NCBI RefSeq assembly: GCF_040938485.1
Contig: NW_027271395.1
Location: forward strand, 124,001-188,000
DNA: 64,000 bases
From: Diadema antillarum
Lineage: Eukaryota
Reading direction: 5' to 3'
Positions 1 to 17,439 of the stretch are shown here, piece by piece. The translations under genes and the position numbers were made by a program. The notes under the pieces were generated by a model, which was not told the DNA's origin, did not search any database, and was given only the letters and a program-made list of their open reading frames with translations. Within the stretch, counting starts at the first letter, position 1, and every line of letters starts with the position of its first letter.

Positions 1-1148
1 AGTAAGATGAGAGACGCCACACTTCTCATGATGTCGTCACTGAGATGACAATGCCCTTTTATTTTTCACAAAACGACCATTCGACGCGCCAGTATAACAT
101 GGTACTGCATTGGTTACATATAGCACGATGTAGACTTCGCCTATGGTTATTCTTCTACTTAGTACTGGTTCCAGTCACTCAGCTTGTAATTGGAAGACTT
201 TGCAGACACCTACGTAAAAATGTCCGGGAGTGTTATCGGAAAACAAACACAAAGTCAGAATACTCGGATCACCTAATAATGTATATTGATAATGAGTTAG
301 AATACACACACACACCTTGCAGATTAAGTGTCTTTGATGATCGAAGTATGCATACAATAATAATATTGTAAACAAATTTGCCCTCACCACACCGGATTTT
401 AATATAGTCAAGCAGTCCGTAAGAGGTTAAGCTTGAGACATAATCTGCCTGTTTAGCAAGTTAATGATTAAACTGACTTGAGTCTTCAAATGGTCATCGT
501 CCCATACCGAAGCATGAACGTTTTATGCAGCGGAAACTTGCTGTATATCAGCCATGCACGAGAATGCCAGAATTCAACTTCTCAAAGTTTGTCCAAATTG
601 ACAATAAAAATGAGAGAGGGTGTATGTGGGTGAGGGTTATACTGTAACTCATTAAAAGAGGGCGGCATAGGTTATGGCAGTCGGCTATGTTTATAGGTAA
701 GAATTAAATCATATTTTTCGTCCATCCGACAAAAGGGTAAAGCTTAATAGTTATCTTTTTGTTTGAACAGTTTATAAAAGATACGTCTGGTACAAGGTGG
801 ATCATAAAGTATATTACAAGACATGGAACGATTATATACAAACGAACTGCAAAATGAGAGAAACAATGCATACTTTGCAAAGTTGACGTAATAAAGCAGG
901 AATGTAATGGTGGAAAAGAGTGGTCCAATAAAGACAGAGCTTTACGGTGGATACGTTACTTTACAAAACATTTCCTTTATCCCATTTTCTAATTGTATTG
1001 TCTATACGTATAGTTCAACAAGCTTGCCCTCTGATAGGAAGGCATCATCTTAAAGGTCCCATTTACCTTTGAGAGTAGTGATTAAAAAAAAAAGATATCA
1101 CATTTGCTGCATATGTGTGGGTTTGTTGTATCACAAAATATTCTGCCA

Positions 1149-1149
<1 letters not shown>

Positions 1150-1183
<34 letters not shown>
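1150..1183. repeat. (TA)n microsatellite
   Basis: Uninterrupted TA run. Other simple repeats: (TG)n ~1940-2005, (TG)n ~14428-14470, (TA/TATG)n ~32680-32780 and 33340-33375, poly-C ~42274-42306, (GA)n ~44714-44745. Confidence 0.95.
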
Positions 1184-1187
<4 letters not shown>

Positions 1188-3288
1188 CAATAAATCCTGA
1201 AGTATAAGGAGATATCAGTATTTTTCTCCATAAACCTTAACTGTAGACGGTTTTAACTAGTCTGGAAACATTTATATTATAATTATTGTTCACATTGTGT
1301 GCGTTTAACAATACTTAACGTCGATTATACGGATTTTAAAATTTTACAATGGTTGTTTCTATTCCTAACTCACATTTTAGAACTATTTTAAAGCACTAGT
1401 GCTGGGTTTTTGTTTCATCAAATGGTAAATTATGCCTTTATTGTTTCCATTTTTCTTCGATACATGATCACTGTAGACCTACCTCATATTTATGAACACA
1501 TAAACTGGATATTTAGGCCTACAAAACGTTATGCATCGCTATTTTCTCCTGGGTCGAGCAGAGATTAATGCACATTATTATCTAGTTTTGATGAAAGTCT
1601 AGAATTATAGAACTGAAAGAGCAAGTTCATATACTACAAAAGTTATGAGAAACAATGCAAAGTATGCATTGTTTTGTCATCATTTATCAAATAAATTCTG
1701 TATTATACTTACATTTTGTATTAGATGGCACACATGACTTTTTACAGATTATTACACACCTACTATGTCAAATATATGAGAATACTAAGTCTTTATATTA
1801 TGTATTACCTTTCGTTGCATGAAAATAAAGTATATTAAATGAATTGAATTAAATTGAAAAGAATAGAATAGAATGAAATATTGAAAATGAATTGGATATC
1901 TGCCTCAATATTGATGAGAGCGGTAAAAATGTATGTTACTGTGTTTGTGTGTGTGTGTGTGAGAGAGAGTGTGTGTGTGTATGTGTGTGTGTGTGTGTGT
2001 GTGTGCGTGACTGAGGGAAGGAATCGAAACATCGATTTAAATTTATTTTTCACCTCCTTCAGCCAAACAGCAAAAATTCTTATATTGTAGTATTGATGTA
2101 TATAACATAATATGAAATGAAAGTTGTTATATTATTGACCCTCCTTGAAAAGAAAATACGGCCAAAACTATTCTTTTCTATTCAAAATGAATGTTGTTGT
2201 TAACAAACAAACAGACAAACAAATATTTATGTACTCAAATGAGACAAAATACGATTGAAGGCCCTTAATGGTAAACAGGTTAAGCTTTCTTTTATCTTAA
2301 TAACCCCAACGTAGTTTTGCTTTTCCGGTAAAAATAACAACAACAACAACAAACAAATAAAACATAACTTCCGTAATGAAATGAATGAAATGAAAATGAA
2401 ACAATAACTTGATGTACAACTGAATTGTTATGGATCCCACTAGGTCGAGTCTAAATAAAACAGGTTTTCCAGTGAATCAGTGAGATAAAGGCATTATCAA
2501 GAGAAAGAAAGAAATAGACAAAGAAAGATCAACAATGCTAGCCCATGATGAAAATAGTGAACTGCAGTCAGTGAGGAATAATGGCCATTCTCAAAGGGCA
2601 TCGCCATCTATTGTTGTAATAAAGTGTCGATCACAATGAAACAAGCGAAAGCCTATGGGTCTGTGCCTCCAGCCACAGTGGACAGGTGACGCGACTTTGT
2701 CCCATGTGACGATCCTTCTCTTGCAATTACCGCAAGAGGGCGTTTAAAGACACTCGACTGCTCGACTGCGATGAGGGTGAATCAGAAGTTCGTATGAATA
2801 AGCAATTTCGTAGTTCGACTTTGCGCATGAGCGCGCATGAGCAGAAAAAAAAGAAGGTTATTTGCCACAACAGGCATCGATTTATTTGAGATAAAAATCT
2901 GTGCGTCATGGTTATTGCCAGCACATCCACCTGACAGCAACTAAGCGTTCTTTAAAGCTTATTTGGCAATAATACAGAAAATAGTTTGTTACTGCATACA
3001 GTGCATTGGCCGGCCTATAAAACAAAGGATGCATTCGCGATTGTTGATGGAGAAGCTTTTGTGAATGGTCAGCTGGTCGATGCAATTTCATTCTTTTGTT
3101 TGAACATGACTTCCAGAGATTGCTACGTCAGGAAATTTTGTGCATTGTGTCTCTTTGAAAAAAAGTGAATTGCCTAGAGAGCTGAGAGAAGAGAAAGACA
3201 ATTTTCCGAAAATGTGCACATGAGCTAATTACGAAATGGCATACATGTATTTTTATTGCTGTCATATCATTCTTGAGGTTGAACGTAT

Positions 3289-3538
3289 GGGGGCACTGTG
3301 GCATAGTGGAAAAGACTCCCTACTCCCAATCTGAGGACCCGACTCTCGAATCCCGCCCAGTGATTACGTCCTTGGACAAGATGTTTTTACCCACTGTGTC
3401 CCTCTCGACCCAGGTGTATAAATGGGAACCTGGCAGCGCTAGGGTAATGATAATAGCAGGGCCCTCTGGTAGAGCAGTGGCAACACTGAAGAGGCTACCC
3501 TGGGTAAATAAGACCTTATTATTATTATTATTATTATT
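3289..3538 (+). mobile_element. tRNA-derived SINE with (TTA)n tail
   Basis: GGGGC head with A-box-like TGGCATAGTGG and degenerate B box (CTCGAATCC), body motif CTCTCGACCCAGGTGTATAAATGGG (fragment again at ~4690-4708), tail of TTA repeats. Confidence 0.75.
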
Positions 3539-4095
3539 CCTTTCCCGTCCTCTTCAGAATAGGTCAGCAAGCCTTTTTGACCTATATTGGTGCAAATTGA
3601 CAATACCAAAATAAAAACAAAACCTGATTACAGCTCTCATCGGAATTACTGCAGACCCCCCCCCCCCCCCACACACACACACACAATCATTATATCCGAA
3701 CTATGAAATGAAACACGATTCCCTTGATTCCCATGGAAGAAACACGTTTGATCTGTTTAAGAAATCATCTTTAGTTATTAAGATTTCAAATACTCATAAC
3801 TTAAATCGCATGTTTCTTCATATCATTTAGGGACCTAATTGGCGGGAGGCTTAACCCAACACACACACGTAGCCATGCGATGAAAATTAATTATAGATAG
3901 TATAAAAAAATATGCTTAGCCTTGAGAGCTTCTGGTTAAAACTATGGGAAGAGGTTACTTTTTTTTCGTAATAGGTTTGATAAAAAAAAAAAATGCAAAA
4001 AATGGGGGGGGGGGGGGGGATGAGAGGCGAGAATTCATTTAGTGGATGCCATGTTGTGAAGGCATGTTCCTACACTGACCGAAAGCTGCGAACGA

Positions 4096-4371
4096 TGTCA
4101 GAACTGCTTGTTGATGTGCGTGCACAAAGCAGTGCGCAAATGTCAGAATTGTTTTGTGACGTCACAATTGTTTGTTTTTTTTGGTATAAATGGTTACATT
4201 TCATGGAGAGTGACGGTATGAAACAATGCGCAATGTCTGAATTGTTTTGTGACGTCACATTTGTTGTTGTTGTTTTAAAGAAATATGACGATGTTTCGGA
4301 CGGTACGATTGTACGAACCTGTGCATAATTTTAGAATTGTTTTGTGATGTCACAATTGCTTTGTGACGTCA
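4096..4371. repeat. Degenerate ~94-bp tandem repeat carrying CRE palindromes
   Basis: Unit core GAATTGTTTTGTGACGTCAC; TGACGTCA at 4157, 4250 and 4364, TGATGTCA at 4345 (spacing 93 and 95 bp between the first three cores). Confidence 0.75.
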
Positions 4372-4745
4372 TTTCGGAAATAGTACTCCAAGGAGTGTCA
4401 AAATCAAATATGCCAACATCGTGACATAACTGAAAATGCCTATAGGCGCTGATCCCGTGAATCTCTTTCAACCAACCACTAATAGAATACATTTTTAAAA
4501 TCTAAAATATGACATATATAGGGCCTAATCTCATTTTAGAGTACCCGTTTGATATTGCCTGCATTACACGTTAATCATTCGCAATGACAATGCCCCCCCC
4601 CCCAAAAAAAAAAGAGTGATTTATTACTATTACTTTTGTAAAGATGTGTTTTCTACTCAATGCGATCATATTATTATTTTGGCAACAAAGTCCCTCTCGA
4701 CCCAGGTGCGTGAGTGAGTTAGTGGCAATGGGGTTACACTATAGG

Positions 4746-5389
4746 CAGGCTCGACATTAAAGGGGCTGAACAGTACTGGTTGAGGTGGGGATTCATGATT
4801 TTTACATTCCTATAAGTGAGATAATGAGAAACCTCTTATGAAATATGAAAGAGCATGTATTTTTTAGAAGGATTCAACGTTTATTTGATGAAAATTGGTT
4901 TTCAAATGGCTGGGATATTAAAAAAAGTGATTTTTAATAATAAAAGGCGACAGGCCACAACTTTATTAGGATCTCTTTGTTTCACCTTGTTTTTGGATAT
5001 CTCGGCCACTTCAAAACCGATTTTCATTAAATAAACTTTTGATACCCCTTAGAATTGCATCCTCTTTGACATCTCATATAGTGGTTTCTGAATATCTCGC
5101 AAAACGTTATAATCTAAATCCTCACCTCGACCAGAACTGTACACACCCTTTAAAGCGGTGGCCCGGTGGCCCGGGGCTACCAGAAATAAATGTCGGGCCA
5201 ACATCTGGGAAGCATTCATGAAGCGTTTTGGTCGGATATTTTTCTGACAAACTGTTACAAGCTACTGAAATCCTTGCATCTGATTGACTGAGAGCAAATT
5301 TCTCTATGTCGGACAAAATGCTTCATGAAATGCCCCCCTGGACATCAAATTCATTGTCCGGTCATCAAAAGTTATAGTGTCAAGCCTTG
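4746..5389. mobile_element. hAT-like MITE (same family as 51442-51832) interrupted by a Kolobok-like MITE
   Basis: Left end CAGGCTCGACATTAA resumes at 5154 as AGCGGTGGCCCGGTGGCCCGGGG, matching the intact copy at 51442; right end AGTGTCAAGCCTTG at ~5376-5389. Confidence 0.7.
4761..5149. mobile_element. Kolobok-like non-autonomous DNA transposon
   Basis: TTAA at 4757-4760 and 5150-5153; imperfect TIRs AGGGGCTGAACAGTACTGGTTGAGGTG vs reverse complement AGGGTGTGTACAGTTCTGGTCGAGGTG; AG...CT termini. Confidence 0.8.
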
Positions 5390-6789
5390 CTATATACCGC
5401 ATGGAACTTTGGAGAGGAGTGATACTAGTATTGAAGATGTGTTCCTGTGGGTAATAACATTATGATTGTCATGGCGGTGTAGGACACTATTACTAACAAT
5501 GTCTCCCACCGTTTTCTCCTGAATCGCCTGCAATAGTTTCCCTTATTGTGCAATATGAAGGGTCAATTTAGGGTGCATGTGAGCGAAACGTCCATTTGCG
5601 CAGGTCAGAAAACATGTCGTTTCTGCATTGAAAAATACAAAACGAAGGGTAAAATTAATGATGTTATTTCTTACATTTTTTAAATATAACTTGTGCCCCT
5701 TCGGTTCTCTCACTGACTATTTAAAATAGTATGTGTGTGACGTTTTAAGCAGATATAGTGCGTGATTGTATAGTTGCTAGTTTCGTTTACTGACCGTGGT
5801 AAAAACTAAAACTCTGCAGGGGTTTAGGATGGTTTGTATAATACTTCTTATAGAGTATAGGACCTATATGTCGGCGTAGGCCTATACACTTGGCCTATCA
5901 ATCGTTCATTCCTGCAACTTCGCACTTGGTTAGGCCTATATTTCTGGCACATCATGTTGTATTCTAGTAATTGTTATCATCGGCAAAAATTATGTTTACA
6001 TAATAGACTACAGTAATTTTTCGACCTTGTGGTCGCATATCGTGTCAAAATGAGAGAAGAAAGGGCAAAATGCATGCAGAATCGTCCACCTGCGGTTCTG
6101 TAATACGTAACGGAGTAACGATGATAAAATTGAAAAGAATAATCAGCGAGCAATGTACTGTATGTTTTGTGAAGGGGACAATACGAGAAGGGATCGGAAG
6201 GACCTGTCAAACTAGAGAGCTATAAAATCATAGCAGTTCCCACCTCCATGTTTACAGCTATATTTCTTTGGTGCCTAAGTCTTCGAAGTAAAAGTAATCA
6301 GGAACATCAATTTTTGTTCCTACTCGTGATGTGGTATTTTGACATTACGCTTGGTCTATTTATAGTAACAGACCACAGCTGACAACCGACCCTGTGTTGT
6401 ACTAGTAGTAGTGCACTTCATCGGGGATGTCCACATCTATGACGCAATCGTGGGAATCGCAATCACATGCAATAACAATATCCTTCCGCATGTGTCGCAC
6501 ATAGAAAATAAACTTTCTCACTAAAACAATATCCGTCAAAATTTAAGTCATGTCATCCCATCTGATTAAACTAGAGCGCAGTTGCACATAACAAGTGCTG
6601 CTTTAAAACTTTGAGAGATATTGAATGCAGTAAATTCATAGTGTTAACCCATTTTCACACCAGTGTGAAAAAACTGAGGGCAGTAACATAAAGCGGAGTA
6701 ATTCGGTCGCCATTTTATCAACAAAGTGGATGTGCACGCAGATAAGTGTCCGACACAGTGATCTGACTCTTAGTTCACAAATTTGATAA

Positions 6790-12068
<5,279 letters not shown>

Positions 12069-14425
12069 AGTGCAATCCACGGACTCGGCTGCTCTCACTT
12101 ATTCCGTGCTTTGTCGACACACAATCATATAATCAATAATACACTGGAGGAAAGAAAAAAAGGAAACAAAACAAAACAAAAAGGATATTTAAACTTTAAA
12201 GAAAAAAAAGCGAGAAACAACCTTGAATTGAAAGAAGTCAAGATGGAAAGTGAGAAGCATGAACTGAAAAAGAAAAAGAAATGATTAAATAAATAAAGAT
12301 CGTTGTGAGCTCTACATAGAGAGTATGGGAAGAGCACTTTTTTTCTTTTTTCTTTTTTTCTTTTTGCCTTGGCTCTGTGCTGGTAATAAAGGCTTTTCCT
12401 TTGTTTAATTAATACTCTTCTTATTTGTCATTTATCTAGAGATAGCGATATCAGCTTATCATGCTGATATTATTCAACAACTATATTTTAATGTAAATAA
12501 TGCAATGTGTGTATACACTGTAATTATTATATGCATGTAGAATTTTGTGTAATCTGGTTTGTAGGTGCACTGACTGTATTATAAGCGGATACGTGAATTT
12601 TTCTGTCAAGAAATTTTAGGTGCAGCCTTTGAGTACATGCATGTACATGTATGTACAATATGTTGCCATGCATTGTGAAACCATTAACGTAAGCTGTACG
12701 CTGTCACTGTGAAATGAAAGTGAATTAAAAACTTGTGAGGAAGTTCAGAGATCTTGCCTTTTATACCATGTATAGAAAGGTCTTGTGGGGGGGGGGGGGG
12801 TGGGGGGAGTTGGCAGTTAACACATTGCACAGTTTCAAGAAGTGTATAATGAAACTTACGAAAGACACTTCTGTGCGTCACATACATATAAAACCTGCAG
12901 TCATTTCACCTAAAGCACTTTATGGTGTGTGTGTTTTACATGTTCTGCTTTTTATAGTGTTGAGAATCATTTACTCATCCCCACTGATTCAAGTGAACTG
13001 ACAGTTAACCCTGGGATAAAGTACATTAGAAACATGACTTTCCCTCATATCAGCTTGGTGTTACAGGGAATCAAACGTGACCATGGCTTTTGAACTTTTT
13101 TTTTTTTTTTTTCAAAGACCCCTCTGTTTCAAAAGCAGCAAACAGTATACACTGTACTTGTTTTAGTCCTTGCATTTATATTGAACAAAACAATGATTTC
13201 AAAAAGTGCACCTTTTTTATTATTATTATTATTTTTTTAATAGAATAGAAACATAGAGTGAATTTTTACCATGTTGGTTCTGGTTCAGCTTTAGAGCTTG
13301 TATTGTTTCTGTGTGTATTTTTAATACTTGACTTTTTTTGTTTTGGTAAACTTATAATAGTAAATACGTCTGTTAATGATATGTAATATTATGTATGCAT
13401 GGTCAAGCTGAACACAATGGTGTGATACCTGCACAATGTATTGCTACTTCAGCATCTATATGAAAAAAAAAGAAGACAGCTTTAGCCTGATGTTGCATTG
13501 TGGGTGTTTTTGCTATTTGTTGTGTGGTTTTGGAATCCCTCCCCCCCCCCCCCCCCCCCTTCCAATCTTGCATAGCAGTATTTCATTGCCCACAAGGTTT
13601 GCAATATGATTATGAAAGTCTTTGGGTCTTTTTTATTAGTCCTGAGTAGAATCTTCTTTATTTAAAGAAATTTTACTATAAGGAGGGTGATTGGATTGTG
13701 TATGATACAGCCAAAAACTTGACAGATTTTGATTTTATTTGTTTCATTTGTTTATTAATTCTTTTTATTTAAGTTTATTGCCGTTATTGTTATCCTTATT
13801 TTATTTATTTTATTTTGCATACTGTTCATAAACTTTGTATATAAGTAGAGGGCTGTGGGATTTTCATTCTGCATTTGCAAGAGCTGATAGAATTCTCAAA
13901 TGTGGCATTGTGCCTCAATCATGTGTCTATATAAGCCATTATGCTTGAACATGCCGCTGCAAAAGCCAAAGGTAAGTACACGTATCTTGAAAAGCTAGCA
14001 CTTGGGGTACATGTCGTAAAAAACAATGCAAATTAGGTATCTAGACACTTGCATTGTACACGTACATGTCGTCTTCGTGGACTATACAGGTCAAAAACAT
14101 CTTCATTCAGAAGAAGCGTAGGTGTATGCTGTAGAGGCCAAGGCTGTACTCCGTCACATACAAAGTGGTATTTGCATCCATTTGGTAGTTTGCAGCAGTG
14201 TATTGGAAGGTTTGAAGTTGTTGATTTATTGTCTCTGATCATTGTCAAAGGCTGTGTGAAAAAACCCGAAAACAAAACAAATATAATATTCAATACCATC
14301 CGTGATGTATCGTTTTGATGATTTCTTTTGTGTTTAAGTCATTAGAGGTACCAGTATTTTGCAAGAGATATTTTGGAATGGAGGATGAGTCAGCTCTTTG
14401 TCAACAGTATGCTGAGAACCCCACA

Positions 14426-14466
<41 letters not shown>

Positions 14467-14555
14467 TGTGTACAATAACAAATGCATGTACAAAAAAGGG
14501 GTTGTAAATGTATACATAAGTACACATGTACTTGTATTAAAATGAGTCACTTGTA

Positions 14556-14755
14556 CAGTCAACCTTGCTTAAGTCGACCTCGCGTATTAAGTCAAATAAT
14601 CGCCCCCGTTAAGGGTCTTTTCAAGTCCTCTTCTTTTTATATTGTACATGTACAACTGGTACTGATTTAAATCCCTCTTCATATTAGTCAAATTTCCTCT
14701 AAAGTCAAAGCTATTTCGTCAGTCCAAGTAGATTCGACTTGATCAAGGTTGACTG
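14556..14755. mobile_element. Tc1/pogo-type MITE
   Basis: TA on both flanks; 12-bp TIR CAGTCAACCTTG / CAAGGTTGACTG followed by AAGTCGA similarity. Confidence 0.85.
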
Positions 14756-15360
14756 TAATTGACACCAATATCTTCTCTGTGAATGTGTGTGTGTGAATTG
14801 AAGAGCCATGACCTTTTGTTTGCTGTGTGTGACTGACTGGAATACTGCAATTGAATGTTCTTTGGAACATGTTTATCAAGTGTACTCTATGGTGCGTTGG
14901 GATATTTTTGATGCAGGGTTACAAATTATGTACTGTACTGGTGAATTTCAGTGAGTGTGTGTGATACATGGGGACTTTCTGTTACAATGTTATCTTTTAA
15001 TACAAGATTAATTTGCTTTGCACTACTCTTGTACAGAAATGAGATAGAGGAAGCAAACCCATACTACACATGCAAATCTCACATTCCCCTTCCACCCCAT
15101 CCTTCTCCCATTTGCTTACAAAGCTACAACAACGATGACGACAACGACGATGACGATAACAACAACAACAACACCAACACATACAGACACACACACACAC
15201 ACACAAACAAAAACCAAGCACAAATGCTTGAGAACAAAGGTTAATAAACATCACTAGAATTTTGAAATGTAGTGCAGTATAGTACTCTCTCTCTCTGGCA
15301 AGCATTTAAAAAAAAGTCATAGGAAGTCATCAATTGTTTTCTTTGAATGTGGATGTACAC

Positions 15361-15877
15361 AATTATTAAACTAGAAATAGACAACTCTTTCACAGATCTA
15401 GAGCAACTTCTCATTCCCTGTATAAATCAATTCGGTATATTAGGCCAAATGTGTGGAATTCTCTGCCTCCATCTTTACGCAATATTCAACTGAACACATT
15501 TAAAACTGGGGTATAAATTTTATCTTTTGTCTTATCCTACATCCTACATACACTCATACACACGCTCACACACAAACACACATTGAGTAATTTTGTGCTG
15601 TGAGTAATTTTGTGCTGTAACAAAACGTAGATTTATTTCCATGTCCTACATAATGGGTGTATCTACCTGTCAACCCTCATAGAATTTTTAATTACTGATA
15701 CAAGGTACATCCTATTTCATTTTTCTTAAATATTATAATGCACTCTGTTCATTGTATTTGTTTGCTGAAATACTTTTTCACAGTTTATACCTGTACATAT
15801 TGTGTATACATGAATGATTGTTATTTTCCAATTTTTATCTGAAGAATGAAATAAAACGAATGAATGAATAAATGAAT
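15361..15877 (+). mobile_element. L2/CR1-type LINE 3' fragment
   Basis: 15361-15513 translates NY*TRNRQLFHRSRATSHSLYKSIRYIRPNVWNSLPPSLRNIQLNTFKTGV*, the typical ORF2 C-terminal WNSLP motif; (GAAT)n tail near 15857-15877. Confidence 0.7.
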
Positions 15878-16095
15878 AGCAGCAAATTTCAACACAAATT
15901 GCCATTGAAGGAAGGCCTCGCATGCACAGGACATACAATGCAGCAAACTTGTTTATTTCCAGTGGCAACCTATCTGGATACAATGGCAATGGCGCAATCA
16001 GATTATTAAACCTACAAGAGTTAGACATGTATTGCATGGATCAAACACAGCCTATGCAAGTCATGTGTGAGATACACACCTGTAGTAGACCTTAT

Positions 16096-16421
16096 GGCCC
16101 GAATTCACGAAGGTGGTGCAAATAAAACCATGGTTTAAACCATGGACAAAAACCATGGAGCGCCAAGTGTCGCATGGCATATTTCGTTACGAAATCAGTC
16201 ATTTCGTCGACAAAATGACCGACCATTAACGAAATTATCATTTCGTGGATGAAAGTGTTCATTTAGTTACAAAATGTTGTCATTTCGTTACAAAATAATC
16301 ATTTCATCGACTAAATGACTGATTTTGCAACGAAATATTACATGCGACACTTGCCGCTTCATGGTTTTTGTCCATGGTTTAAACCATGGTTTCATTTGTA
16401 CCACCTTCGTGAATTCGGGCC
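16096..16421. mobile_element. PIF/Harbinger-type MITE
   Basis: Long TIR GGCCCGAATTCACGAAGGTGGT(G/A)CAAAT(A/G)AAACCATGGTTTAAACCATGGACAAAAACCATG; 3-bp TSD TAT. Confidence 0.85.
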
Positions 16422-16909
16422 TATGCGTTTTCAAAGTCAATCATGCATAGATTATATTCGCTGATCACAGTCTACCTTTATCACCCATCTACAGTACATT
16501 ATGGTGCAACTTGAGCAATCCTCTAGGATAGAAATAGTACAGTGTACCTTCACTTGTAAATGAGTTACCTGGTACCAGGTATTTTGTTTGGACAGTTCAT
16601 TATGTAGAATATCCAACCAAAAAAAAACACAAACAAACAAAACATGATTCAAGCAACACACACATCTACCTAGCATTACCAGGGAACACAGACTCCTGTT
16701 ATATATGTCTTGATTTTTTTTGTTTTGTTTTATTTTCAAGCATCTTTTGAAGCACACACCAAGTTGTATACGTACTTTCAAGCAAGAACCAAGGAATATT
16801 AAGTGTCAATGTACGAATACAGCACAGACTCTCGATTCTGGTGAGACGCAGTATTGAAACAGAGGTACCAGGTATGCATGATTATTATTCTAAAACATTA
16901 AGACCTATA

Positions 16910-17439
16910 CAGTGGACTCCTGGGGGGTGTTTTATCAACGTTTGTCAGCGCAAAAAGTTGTCATTGCTGACAATCACCATAGTAACAGTCAGTAACCAGA
17001 GCATCTCATCCAATCAAAACCGAGGATTTTGCTGAAATTGTCAGTGCTGACACTTGTCGGCACCGACAAACATTGTAAAAAACCCCCCAGGACTCCCGTT
17101 ATAATGAAGTCCTTGGGACCAGCAGTTTACTTTCGTTATAAGCGAACAAATAAACAATAAAAAACATAGAGCGATTAATTTTGGGCCTGGTTTCTTATTT
17201 CTTTGTAACCAAAATTTTGTTACAACCATGTTCATTGTAACAAATAAACAATAAAAAACAGAGCGAATAATTTTGGGCCTGGTTTTTATTTCTTTGTCAC
17301 CAAAATTTTGTTATAACCATGTTCATTGTAACAAATAAACAATAAAAAAACATAGAGCAAATAATTTTGGGCCTGGTTTTTTATTTCTTTGTAACCGAAA
17401 TTTTGTTACAACCATGTTCATTGTAACAGGAGTGCACTG
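16910..17439. mobile_element. Tc1/pogo-type MITE with nested MITE (16919-17091) and 3x ~93-bp internal tandem repeat
   Basis: TA flanks; TIR CAGTG(G/C)ACTCC..GTTA(T/C)AATGA; inner element CCTGGGGGGTG...AACCCCCCAGG splits the left TIR; repeat anchors TTGGGCC at 17181, 17273, 17367. Confidence 0.85.

Noticed and set aside
45-371. 108-aa ORF and most other 60-120-aa ORFs in the track
   Set aside because: No recognisable motifs; many derive from microsatellites (THTHTH, CVCVCV), poly-A/T or MITE interiors.
3289-3360. Functional tRNA genes (also ~34280-34346)
   Set aside because: A/B boxes are decayed, no full cloverleaf, and both continue into SINE bodies.
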